This document shows, piece after piece, positions 1-8,541 of a stretch of DNA of 64,000 nucleotides. A program made the translations under genes and the position numbers. The stretch's first letter is position 1, and each line of letters begins with the position of its first letter. The notes beneath the pieces are model-generated. The model was not told the DNA's origin, did not search any database, and saw only the letters and a list, made by a program, of their open reading frames with translations. The stretch lies in assembly GCA_963707025.1 (NCBI GenBank), contig CAVPOM010000006.1, forward strand, positions 224,001-288,000, in the 5' to 3' direction. Source of the stretch: an uncultured Verrucomicrobiae bacterium (GTDB lineage Bacteria > Verrucomicrobiota > Verrucomicrobiia > Limisphaerales > Palsa-1400).

Positions 1-904
1 CGATGCCATCGGGCGCTATTATGAGCAGGTGGTGGCCGAAGTGGCGCAGGGTCATTTGCCACCGACCACCTCCGCTGAAGTCACGGACCACGTCGGCACC
101 TATCTGGAATCCGCGCGCCTGCTCGGCGTGCGCACGGCGGAACTGCACCTCGCGCTGGCCTCCGGCGCGCCGGGCAGCGAGTTTTCCGTCGAGCCGATGA
201 CGCCGCCATCCCTGCGGGGACTCTTCCAATCCATGCGATCGCTGGCCTTGAAAAACCTGCGCCTGCTGCGCAGACAAATCAAATCGCTGCCGCCGGATCT
301 GGCGCCCGTGGCCCAGCGCGTTCTCGAACTGGAGCCGGTCATTCTCCATCATTATGGCCAACTGATCGGACCGCGCTTTGCCGCCGGACGCATTCGCATC
401 CACGGGGACTGTCAACTGCGCCGGGTGTTGTGGACGGGCCGGGATTTTGTGTTTCCCGACTTTGAAGGGGATGCGACCAAACCGATCAGCGAGCGCCGCA
501 TCAAACGCTCCCCGTTGCGGGACACGGCCCGGATGCTGCGTTCCTTCCATCACGCCACCTATGCGGGATTTCATCAGCAGGCCGAACGCGGCGTCATTTC
601 CCCGGAGACCCTGCCCAAATTCGAACCGTGGGTGCGGCACTGGAACCGGGCCGTCAGCCGCGCCTATTTGCAGGCTTACTGCCAGAGCCTGCGCCCTTCC
701 GCTATTCTCCCCGGCGAGGAGGACAAGCTGCACATCATGCTGGTGGCCTACTTGCTGGACCAGGTCATGGATGAATTGGGCGATGAATTGCAGCTTCACT
801 CCGACAATGTCCGCGCCCCCCTGCAAGCGATCATTCACCTGACCGATGAGCAGACCTTGTTGCACCTCACCGGCGCGGCCGGCGCAAAAGACTCGGGCCA
901 ATGA
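1..904 (+). CDS. Maltokinase (Mak/Pep2)-like C-terminal domain, probably of a TreS-Mak fusion; 5' partial
   Basis: LGVRTAELHLALAS, RIRIHGD, DFEG, KRSPLRD.A.MLRSF motifs; the HGDxHLGQ motif is degenerate (HGDCQLRR). Confidence 0.8.
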   Translation, partial: DAIGRYYEQVVAEVAQGHLPPTTSAEVTDHVGTYLESARLLGVRTAELHLALASGAPGSEFSVEPMTPPSLRGLFQSMRSLALKNLRLLRRQIKSLPPDLAPVAQRVLELEPVILHHYGQLIGPRFAAGRIRIHGDCQLRRVLWTGRDFVFPDFEGDATKPISERRIKRSPLRDTARMLRSFHHATYAGFHQQAERGVISPETLPKFEPWVRHWNRAVSRAYLQAYCQSLRPSAILPGEEDKLHIMLVAYLLDQVMDELGDELQLHSDNVRAPLQAIIHLTDEQTLLHLTGAAGAKDSGQ

Positions 905-1042
905 AATCCGCGCTCCAGGCACCGGGTGGCGCGGAGCACCGCCCGGCCTGCCTTGCCCTCACGGCCCCTGATGGGCGCGCCGCTGATTTTGCGCTTTTAA
1001 ACTTGCGCCGCGAGTCTGGACTCTGAACCTTGGCCGCTGATC

Positions 1043-3631
1043 TTGCAAAGCGACCAGACCACACAACTGTCTCCCATGATGGCGCAGTACCGCCGCATCA
1101 AAGGCGAACTGCCGCCCGAAGCCCTGCTGCTGTTCCGCCTGGGCGATTTTTACGAGATGTTCTTCGAGGACGCCAAGACCGGCGCGCAGTTGCTCAATGT
1201 CGCCCTGACCAAACGCGGCCAGACCCCCATGTGCGGCATCCCCTTCCACGCCGCCGGGGCTTACATCGCCCGCCTGCTCAAGGCCGGCCGCAAGGTGGCC
1301 ATCTGCGAACAGTTGGAGGAGGCCCGCCCCGGCCAGCTCGTCAAGCGCGAGGTCACCCAGATTCTCAGCCCGGGCACTCATTTCGACGAGCGGTTGCTCG
1401 TCTCGGATCGAAATAATTTCCTGGCCGCCATCTATCCCCGCGGCAACATCTTCGGTCTCGTCCTGGTGGATTTGACCACCGGCGATTTCAAGGCCACCGA
1501 GCTGGAAGGCCAAGCCGCCCTGCGCGCCGAACTGGACCGCGTCCGGCCCGCCGAAATCATCTACCCGGCCGGCGCGGCCCATTTGCCCGCGCTGGCGCAA
1601 CACAGCGCCGCCGTCTTCAATCCGTGCGAGGATTGGGTGTTCGCGCCGGAAACCGCCCTCTTCACCGTGCGGGAACATTTCAAAGTGGCCTCGCTCGACG
1701 GATTCGGTTTGCGGGACCGCCCGGCGGCCATCGGCGCGGCCGGGGCGGTCTTGCATTACTTGACACAACAATTGCGGCGCAATGTCTCCGGCCTGACCCG
1801 CCTTTGCTTTTATCAGCGCGCCGATTTCATGGCGCTGGATGCGGCCACGCTGCGCAACCTGGAAATTCTCGAGCCGATGCATCACGACGCCCCGCGCCCC
1901 GCCTCGCTCTATGGCGCGGTCAACCGCACCGTCACCCCGATGGGCGCGCGCCGCTTGCGCGACTGGCTCAGCTCGCCCCTGGCGGAGGCGGGGCCGATTC
2001 TGCGCCGGCGCGACGCCGTGCAACTTTGGCTGGACAACGGCGCGGCCCTGGACCAGTTCCGCCGCGATCTGGCCGAAGTGCGCGACCTGGAACGGACCCT
2101 GGGCCGCCTGGCCGCCGGCTCGGGCAACGGGCGCGATCTGGTTTCCTTGCGCCAGGCGCTGGCAAACATCCCCGCCCTCAAACAGCTTCTCCTCTCCCTG
2201 GCCGCCGCCCCTGCCGCCGCGCCGCCGGATGTTTTGCGCGAATTGCCCATGGCAGGCCCCGCCGGCCCGGCCCCGGCCAGCCCGCCCTCCTTGCTCCAGG
2301 AATTGCGCGCGCAACTGGCCGAAGCGCCCGATTTGCTGGAGTTGATTTCGCGCGCTATTGTTGACGAACCGCCCCTGGCGCTCAAAGAGGGCGGTTTGAT
2401 TCGCGACGGCTTTGATGCCGCCCTGGACGAATTGCGCCAGGCCACGCGCGGGGGCAAGGACTGGATCGCCCAATTGCAGCAGGACGAAATCGTCCGGACC
2501 GGCATCGCCTCCCTCAAAGTGCGCTTCAATTCCGTTTTCGGCTATTACATCGAAGTGACCAAATCCAACCTGGACAAAGTCCCGCCCCATTACCTCCGCA
2601 AACAAACCGTCGCCGGGGGCGAGCGCTTCATCACGCCGGAGTTGAAGGAGATGGAGGGAAAAATCCTCGGCGCGGAGGAACGCGCCATGCGCTTGGAATA
2701 TGAACTGTTCCAGCGCGTGCGCGAGGCGGTGCTGGAACAGTTGCCCGCCTTGCTGCAAACGGCGGCGGCTCTGGCGCAACTGGACGTCCTGGCCGCCTTT
2801 GCCCAGACGGCGCGCCTTTACAATTACTGCCGCCCGGAAATCGGCGGGGAGGGCCTCCTGGAAATCCGCCAGGGCCGCCATCCCGTGCTCGAGCAATGCC
2901 AGGCCGCCGAGCGCTTTGTGCCCAACGACATTCTGCTGGACCGGGCCACCCGGCAGTTGATGCTCATCACCGGGCCGAACATGGCGGGCAAAAGCACTTT
3001 CATCCGCCAGACCGCCCTCCTCGTGCTCCTGGCCCACACCGGCTCCTTTGTCCCGGCGGCCCAGGCCCGCATTGGCCTGGTGGACCGCATCTTCACCCGC
3101 ATCGGCGCCAGCGACGACCTGGCGCGCGGGCAATCCACCTTCATGGTGGAAATGAGCGAGACGGCCAACATCCTCCACCACGCCACCCCGCGCAGCCTTA
3201 TTATACTTGACGAAGTCGGCCGCGGCACCAGCACCTTTGACGGACTGAGCCTGGCCTGGTCCATCGTCGAGCACCTGCACAACGTCGTCGGGGCCAGGAC
3301 GCTGTTCGCCACCCACTACCACGAATTGACCGAGCTGGCCGCGCGCCTGCCTCGTGTCAAGAATTTCAACGTGGCCGTGCGCGAATGGAACGAGCAGATC
3401 GTCTTCCTGCGCAAAATCGTCGAAGGCGCCACCGACAAAAGCTATGGCATCCAGGTCGCCCGCCTGGCCGGCCTGCCCAAGACCGTCCTGGAGCGCGCCA
3501 AGGAAATCCTGGCCAACCTCGAAGAATCCGAGCTTACCCCCGAAGGCAAAGTCCGCCGCCACGCCCGCCGTCCCGAACTGGAAAAGCTGAAAAAGCTCGC
3601 CCCGCCCCCGCAGATGGACCTGTTCGGCTGA
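1043..3631 (+). CDS. mutS: DNA mismatch repair protein MutS
   Basis: SPMMAQY, FRLGDFYEMF, Walker A GPNMAGKST, STFMVEM, DEVGRGTST, SYGIQVARLAG; C-terminal clamp-binding-like QMDLF. Confidence 0.98.
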   Translation: MQSDQTTQLSPMMAQYRRIKGELPPEALLLFRLGDFYEMFFEDAKTGAQLLNVALTKRGQTPMCGIPFHAAGAYIARLLKAGRKVAICEQLEEARPGQLVKREVTQILSPGTHFDERLLVSDRNNFLAAIYPRGNIFGLVLVDLTTGDFKATELEGQAALRAELDRVRPAEIIYPAGAAHLPALAQHSAAVFNPCEDWVFAPETALFTVREHFKVASLDGFGLRDRPAAIGAAGAVLHYLTQQLRRNVSGLTRLCFYQRADFMALDAATLRNLEILEPMHHDAPRPASLYGAVNRTVTPMGARRLRDWLSSPLAEAGPILRRRDAVQLWLDNGAALDQFRRDLAEVRDLERTLGRLAAGSGNGRDLVSLRQALANIPALKQLLLSLAAAPAAAPPDVLRELPMAGPAGPAPASPPSLLQELRAQLAEAPDLLELISRAIVDEPPLALKEGGLIRDGFDAALDELRQATRGGKDWIAQLQQDEIVRTGIASLKVRFNSVFGYYIEVTKSNLDKVPPHYLRKQTVAGGERFITPELKEMEGKILGAEERAMRLEYELFQRVREAVLEQLPALLQTAAALAQLDVLAAFAQTARLYNYCRPEIGGEGLLEIRQGRHPVLEQCQAAERFVPNDILLDRATRQLMLITGPNMAGKSTFIRQTALLVLLAHTGSFVPAAQARIGLVDRIFTRIGASDDLARGQSTFMVEMSETANILHHATPRSLIILDEVGRGTSTFDGLSLAWSIVEHLHNVVGARTLFATHYHELTELAARLPRVKNFNVAVREWNEQIVFLRKIVEGATDKSYGIQVARLAGLPKTVLERAKEILANLEESELTPEGKVRRHARRPELEKLKKLAPPPQMDLFG

Positions 3632-3660
3632 CGCGGGGGAATGGAGGGATGGAGTGATGG

Positions 3661-3750
3661 AAATGCAGAATGCAGAATGCAGAATGCAGAATGAAAAATG
3701 CAGAATGGAAAATGCAGAATTCCGAATCCGTGGAATCCGTGAAATCCGTG
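3661..3750 (+). repeat. Short tandem repeats: (AATGCAG)n heptamers followed by (AATCCGTG[G/A])n
   Basis: aatgcagaatgcagaatgcagaatgcagaatg... then gaatccgtggaatccgtgaaatccgtgg; same heptamer recurs at 52939-52970. Confidence 0.9.
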
Positions 3751-3801
3751 GTAAAAATCCTCGCGATGCGGAGCGCATCTGCCCGATGCAGTGGCGTCGC
3801 A

Positions 3802-4070
3802 GCGCAAATTTCTGCGCGAGGGAGCTTACCGCGCCCGGAACATTTTACGGCCAAGCTGTTTTGCAGCGTCGAGTTTTGGATTGCCTGCCCGCCGTAGCTC
3901 GCAGAGCGAAGGAGGGAAGGTCTGCCGAAATTGATCGGCTTTTGTGTGAGATCGCCGCACCAGCAATTCCGAATTCCGGGCTTGATCCTTTCACCCTCTC
4001 ACTTTCGTTCATAAGCGTTTGCAGTGCAATCTGTTGCAGTTGAGATAGGACTAAACTATAGGGTGACGCC
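3802..4070 (+). repeat. Copy A of three-copy gene-end relic (RKFL..FTAKLFCxVEFW.E.LPKLI) with a 33-nt REP insertion at 3884-3916
   Basis: Aligns by eye with 4896-5052 (+) and 6705-6852 (-). Confidence 0.85.
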
Positions 4071-4082
4071 TTTGCCAGCCGC

Positions 4083-4111
4083 TTGATTCTTCGCCCGGCA
4101 CAATGTAGTTT
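4083..4111 (+). promoter_or_regulatory. Sigma70-type promoter of TA module 1, probably leaderless
   Basis: TTGATT-17 nt-TAGTTT, 6 nt before ATG 4118, no Shine-Dalgarno. Confidence 0.55.
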
Positions 4112-4117
4112 TCCCGG

Positions 4118-4318
4118 ATGACCGCTGTCGCCAACAAGCTGCTGGACGATTTCAAGAAGCTCGCCCCGCACGAGCAATTGATCGTCCGCGAAAGAGTGAT
4201 CTCCCTCACCGAAGTCCGCCAGCGCGAGGCCTTGAACCGCCTGCGGGGCTCCAGCGCCGGGAAGGGGCTGCTGGACAAACTGCTCGCCGACCGGGCCAGG
4301 GAGCGCGCCCGTGGCTGA
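4118..4318 (+). CDS. Putative antitoxin (VapB-like position)
   Basis: 66 aa, overlaps the start of the downstream PIN-domain gene. Confidence 0.7.
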   Translation: MTAVANKLLDDFKKLAPHEQLIVRERVISLTEVRQREALNRLRGSSAGKGLLDKLLADRARERARG

Positions 4319-4739
4319 CGCGATCGTCTTGGACACTTCGGCCATTTTGACCCTGACCGGCAACGAACCCGGGGCCGACGAAGTGCAGACGTATCTGGCG
4401 GAGGCCATCGCAGGGCGCATTCAGTTGCACGGCTCGTTCGCCAGCCTGACCGAGGTGGAATACATCACCGCGCAGGAGGAGGGAGCGGAGGCCGCCCGCC
4501 AGCGGCTGGCTGACCTCAACGCGATGCCCGTCCAATGGCTGCACTCGGACGCCGCCCTGTGCCACGAGGCGGCGAGGCTCAAGGCAGCGCACAAAATTTC
4601 ATTCGCCGACGCCTTTATCGCGGCCACCGCCAGCCGGTTCGACGCCACGCTTGTGCATAAAGACCCGGAGTTCCACCCGCTCGCTGCCGAGGTGAAGCAG
4701 CACTTGCTCCCGCCAAAGTCCGGTGCCCCAAGCTCGTGA
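4311..4739 (+). CDS. vapC: PIN-domain toxin, VapC family
   Basis: IVLDTSAIL, SLTEV, ISFADAFIAATA, LVHKDPEF acidic PIN motifs. Confidence 0.9.
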   Translation: MADAIVLDTSAILTLTGNEPGADEVQTYLAEAIAGRIQLHGSFASLTEVEYITAQEEGAEAARQRLADLNAMPVQWLHSDAALCHEAARLKAAHKISFADAFIAATASRFDATLVHKDPEFHPLAAEVKQHLLPPKSGAPSS

Positions 4740-4793
4740 AGGCCGGTTCATCTGGTATGGACGGCTCTCTCCGCGCTGTCTGTTCCCATTTCG

Positions 4794-4916
4794 CCTGTCC
4801 ACCGTCCTGTCCGCCGTCCTGTCCACCGTCCTGTCCACCGTAGGCCCTGCGAAGGTGGAAGGCCCGGCGAAGGTGGAAGGCCGTAAGAAGGCGGAAGCTC
4901 GCAGAGCGAAGGAGGG
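4794..4916 (+). repeat. Four-deep nested REP-like micro-element (4 left halves then 4 right halves)
   Basis: 4x CCTGTCCRCCGT (4794, 4806, 4818, 4830) then 4x AG..GAAGGNGG (4842, 4860, 4878, 4896). Confidence 0.9.
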
Positions 4917-5052
4917 AACGTCTGCCGAAATTGATCGGGCTTTGTGAGAGTACCGCAATTGGAACTCCGAATTCTGGGCTTGATCCAATTAACACTAAGC
5001 ACTTGCAGTCCAACTGGTTACTATTTACAGTGGGCAAAAGTATGGGTTACCC
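4917..5052 (+). repeat. Copy B of three-copy relic (3' part)
   Basis: aacgtctgccgaaattgatcgg...ccgaattctgggcttgatcc...taagcacttgcagtccaa...tatgggttacccc parallels 3917-4070. Confidence 0.8.
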
Positions 5053-5070
5053 CTTAGAGACCCCTTAGAC

Positions 5071-5181
5071 GCTCAGGCAGATACGCCAAAGCAGGACTTG
5101 GCCCCCAATGATGATGTTCGATTTTCCATAATCCGTCAATTGCCCGGCGCAGCGGTTGTTGCCTCGACCGACTGGTTAGCG
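5071..5181 (-). other. Truncated attC-like site of an orphan cassette
   Basis: Minus strand CGCTAAC overlapping the stop codon, then ggcaaca, gaacatcatcattg, gccaag, gcctgagc shared with attC 39875-40000; terminal GTT box absent. Confidence 0.7.
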
Positions 5182-5655
5182 CCGAATGTCATCAAGAACC
5201 TTCTCCTGAGCAATCTTCTGCATCATGCGCGATATCTTCTCCTTGTCGTGTTCGGCCACAAACTGAACAGCAAATTCTCTGAAACGTCGCCGGCAAAGAT
5301 ACCAGGCGCTCGAAAGGTTCAAAGCAACGAACAAGGAAAAGGCCAATGCAGCACGAAGCGGCTTCACATTCGGATGGTGAAGCACAATCCTGGCGTTCCA
5401 AATCAGTACAATGCCCCACCAGACGAAAAAAACGACAGCGAACCAGCGATAGAAACGCCTCATCTGGACAAGGCCGACGGTCAGCCATGCCACAACAGCG
5501 AAACCGACAGCCTCAACATTATACCAAAGCATCGGAATCGTCTCGCCTGCCGCTTGATAGGCCTTCATCGGTCGCGCGACCAACCCGTTCACTTGCGTGA
5601 GGAGGGCCAAACAACACCATGCTGCCACAAAGCAGAAAATGCGAGGACGCTTCAT
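5176..5655 (-). CDS. Hypothetical multi-TM membrane protein (cassette gene)
   Basis: About four hydrophobic segments; lower GC than backbone; flanked by GTTAGCT upstream and CGCTAAC downstream. Confidence 0.7.
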   Translation of the reverse strand: MKRPRIFCFVAAWCCLALLTQVNGLVARPMKAYQAAGETIPMLWYNVEAVGFAVVAWLTVGLVQMRRFYRWFAVVFFVWWGIVLIWNARIVLHHPNVKPLRAALAFSLFVALNLSSAWYLCRRRFREFAVQFVAEHDKEKISRMMQKIAQEKVLDDIRR

Positions 5656-5695
5656 AGGAGCTAACAATTATTCAGACGTTCGCATGGTCGCAGAC

Positions 5696-6703
5696 TAGAG
5701 CATTTCCATAAATCATGTAGCGTAGCGGGCGTTTAAAAAGAAGCCCCGGCAATCGGCGGTGGAGATGGCTTCAAAGGCAATCTTCGCCGCTTGGAGCAGT
5801 TCCTTGGCGGTTCGCGGCGCGAGACCTCGCATAATTTGTTTGACCTTGCTCCACATATTTTCGATGGGATTAAAGTCTGGCGAATAGGGCGGCAGATACA
5901 GCAGCGTTGCCCCGGCCTCTTCGATGGCTTGGCGGACTCCGGTCACCTTATGCGTGGCCAAGTTGTCCATGATGACCAAGTTACCCTTGCGCAACTCCAC
6001 CACCAGCCCCTGCTGGATCCAGGCCAAAAACATTTCCCCGTCCATGGCCCCCTCAAAGAGGCAGGGGGCCGCAGGCCCGGCCAGACGAATGGCGCAGACC
6101 AGGGTGGTGGTCTGATAATGTCCCTGCGGGACGTGGGCCGCCAGTCTTCGGCCCACGGGTGACCGCCCGCAAAAACGGGTCATCTTGGTGTTGGCCCCGC
6201 TTTCATCCACGAAGACCAGTCGGGCAGGTGGGTCACTTGCCAGACGCTCATGCCAATGGGCCCGCTTTTCGGCCACGTCCGGACGGTTCTGCTCGGCGGC
6301 GCAGAGCGTTTTTTTTATAGCTCAACCCCAGTTTGCGCAGCCACAAATCCACAGTGGAGGTCCCGAAAGGGCGGTCCAGACGCGCCCCCAACTCGGCCAA
6401 CGTCGCGTCGGGCTGGGCCGCCACCAGCTTTTGCAGGCGAGCCTGGCGTCCGGCGTTCAGCAGCGTTTTGCGCCCGCACAAATGGGTTTGCGGCTGGAGC
6501 GTGCCGCGCTCTTGGAACTGCTGCCGGACCCGGCGCACCGCCGCCACGCAAAAGCCGAAAAAGTCCGCGATCTCGCGGGTGCTTTTGCCTTGTTCATAGA
6601 GTTGCAGGATGCGCTCGCGCGCAGACACGGGTATCGCTCGCATGGCTCAAGCCTGCCAGCCCTCTCGCCCCAGTCAAGCTATATCATTTATGGAAACGCT
6701 CTA
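5696..6703 (-). mobile_element. IS630-family insertion sequence
   Basis: Inverted ends ctagagcatttccataaatcatgtag vs ctagagcgtttccataaatgatatag (23/26), TA at 5696-5697 and 6702-6703. Confidence 0.95.
5713..6643 (-). CDS. IS630 transposase in two ORFs (HTH 6643-6248; DDE 6276-5713), probable programmed frameshift
   Basis: VFVDESG, IMDNLATHK, LPPYSPDFNPIE; A8 tract at 6309-6316 at the SYKK junction. Confidence 0.93.
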
Positions 6704-6704
6704 G

Positions 6705-6852
6705 ATCACTGGGTCAAGTGTTACGTTTTGATTCAATTCACGCTGAGGCTCGATCAATTTCGGCAGACGTTCCAACCAAAACTCGACGTTGCAAAACAGC
6801 TTGGCGGTGAAATCCTCCGACCACAGTTGGCTCTTGCGCAAAAATTTCCGCT
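6705..6852 (-). repeat. Copy C (empty-site copy) of three-copy relic
   Basis: Reads RKFLRKSQLWSEDFTAKLFCNVEFWLERLPKLIE with no REP insertion. Confidence 0.85.
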
Positions 6853-6956
6853 TCTCCGGCGGCGGGTTTGCCCAACGGCGACGCCGCATGGGACGCCGCA
6901 GTTGCACGGCCTGGCTGGCGCTCACTTCCCGATCTTGCCGCTTCCGGAGCTCTTGT

Positions 6957-7238
6957 TCAATAAACCTCGTCGTGTGTTCCAACGCCTTCAAGCAGAATGG
7001 CTTCTTGTCCGCTATGTTTGACAAATTGAAAGACGATGCGGAGGTCATACCCGGCGCTACAGGCCCACGATCCGGCCAGCTTCCCCTTTAACTTGTGAGA
7101 TTTGAGCTGCGGATGAAAGGCATCGGCCGCAAGCAACTCCAGCGTCAATTGCAATTCCGGCCCGAGTCGAGGATGTTTTTGAACGAAGCGCCGTGCGGAA
7201 CGCACAAAGGCCTTGGAGGGAAGGAGCAGGCGTTTCAA
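6957..7238 (-). CDS. RelE/YafQ-family mRNA interferase toxin
   Basis: SKAFVRSARRF, HPQLKSHKLKGKLAGSWACS, DLRIVF, GTHDEVY; TTG start overlaps antitoxin stop (TTGA). Confidence 0.9.
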   Translation of the reverse strand: MKRLLLPSKAFVRSARRFVQKHPRLGPELQLTLELLAADAFHPQLKSHKLKGKLAGSWACSAGYDLRIVFQFVKHSGQEAILLEGVGTHDEVY

Positions 7239-7441
7239 GCAAGGATGCGTTTGACGATCTGTTTCGGCGTGGCAGGACGGCAACAGCCTCCTTCAAATTC
7301 CCGGCGCGCCGATTTCACCGCTTGGAGCAGAGTTTCGCGGCGGCGTTCTGCGAGACGATGTTGCAAGACCTCGACCAGGGATTCCTGTTCTTCGACGCCC
7401 AATTCGTCAGCCGAATCCAACACCTGTGCAAATGTCTTCAT
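7235..7441 (-). CDS. Putative antitoxin
   Basis: 68 aa, coupled upstream of the RelE-type toxin. Confidence 0.75.
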   Translation of the reverse strand: MKTFAQVLDSADELGVEEQESLVEVLQHRLAERRRETLLQAVKSARREFEGGCCRPATPKQIVKRILA

Positions 7442-7448
7442 GGCTGTG

Positions 7449-7477
7449 ATAATATGCCTGTTCATCAGAGAATGCAA
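7449..7477 (-). promoter_or_regulatory. Sigma70-type promoter of TA module 2, probably leaderless
   Basis: TTGCAT-17 nt-TATTAT, 7 nt before ATG 7441. Confidence 0.6.
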
Positions 7478-7565
7478 GCGCCAGGACCGTCACCGAGAAC
7501 CGTCTTCCGAGGCGGGAGGAACTCATCGAAGACCTCACCGACCTGATGAAGGGCGGTAAGCTGGA

Positions 7566-7650
7566 TGTAACACAATGTAACGGGGTGTAACGGGGGCAGT
7601 TTTCGTAAACCCTTGATAATCAACAACTGTAACGGTGTAACGGGTGTAGC
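7566..7650 (+). repeat. TGTAAC direct-repeat cluster (iteron-like)
   Basis: TGTAAC at 7566, 7576, 7586, 7628, 7636 and TGTAGC at 7645, around TTGATAATCAA. Confidence 0.75.
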
Positions 7651-7742
7651 GCATCTCACCCTGCCTGCAAGAGTGGGCCTCGAACAAGTCGCCACCCACA
7701 AACGAGTCGCAAGCCTTTCCCCGGACACCCAAGGCTCGCCGC

Positions 7743-8519
7743 TCAGCGGGCCAGCCAGCCGCCGTCCACGTTCAGGATAGTCCCGTTCAAATAATCGGCC
7801 TCGGGCGAGGCCAGGAAAACGCAGCCGCCCGCAATGTCTTCGGGCTGGCCCCAGCGGCCTTCCGGGATGCGATCCAGGATGGTCTGGCTGCGCTTGGCGT
7901 CTTCGCGGATGGGGCGGGTGTTCTCGGTCGCGATGTAGCCGGGGGCGATGGCGTTGACGTTGATGCGCTCCCGCGCCCATTCGTTGGCCAGGGCCTTGGC
8001 GATGCCGGCGATGCCGTGTTTGCTGGCGGTGTAGGCCGGCACAAACAGGCCCCCTTGAAAGGACAGCATCGAGGCAATGTTGACAATTTTCAACCGCGCC
8101 TCGGCGGGGGATTTCTCGCGCCCGCCTGTCATCCACCAGCGCGCCGCCGCCTGGCAAAGAAAAAACGGCGCGCTCAGGTTCAGGCGCAGCACCGCGTCCC
8201 AGTCCGCCTCGGAAAAATCCACCGCCGGGGCGCGCCGGATGATGCCCGCGTTATTGATCAGTCCGTCAATCCGCCCGGCCTCATTCAAAACCTGCGCCAC
8301 AACCTCGCCCGCCTCCTTTTGTCTCCCCTGGCCAAGGTCGGCGGTCACGGCAATAAATTCGCCCCCGGCCTGGCGGCATTGCGCCGCCGTCTCGTTTTGT
8401 TCGCCGATGTCCACCCCGGCGACTTTGGCCCCTTCGCGGGCGAAGGCCACGGCGTAACCCTGGCCCAGGCCGCGGCTCGCGCCAGTGACGACGATGACTT
8501 TGTTGGCGAATCGTTTCAT
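7743..8519 (-). CDS. kduD: 2-keto-3-deoxy-D-gluconate 5-dehydrogenase (SDR)
   Basis: TGASRGLG, NNAGIIRR, IASMLSFQGG, YTASKHG, NAIAPGY; adjacent to kduI. Confidence 0.9.
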   Translation of the reverse strand: MKRFANKVIVVTGASRGLGQGYAVAFAREGAKVAGVDIGEQNETAAQCRQAGGEFIAVTADLGQGRQKEAGEVVAQVLNEAGRIDGLINNAGIIRRAPAVDFSEADWDAVLRLNLSAPFFLCQAAARWWMTGGREKSPAEARLKIVNIASMLSFQGGLFVPAYTASKHGIAGIAKALANEWARERINVNAIAPGYIATENTRPIREDAKRSQTILDRIPEGRWGQPEDIAGGCVFLASPEADYLNGTILNVDGGWLAR

Positions 8520-8541
8520 GGTGAGGGTTTGTTGATTTGGT

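Noticed and set aside
959..3778. Long antisense ORFs (939 aa here, 978 aa at 52993-55929 and others)
   Set aside because: Shadow frames of high-GC genes with no recognisable motifs.
3654..4043. MQNAEC-repeat proteins
   Set aside because: Translations of the heptamer DNA repeat.
4794..4916. Mini-CRISPR or simple VNTR
   Set aside because: No spacers; inside-out stem covariation fits nested insertion better.
6701..7048. 115-aa ORF as a real gene
   Set aside because: Overlaps the toxin out of frame; only the 3' part looks coding and is treated as a relic.
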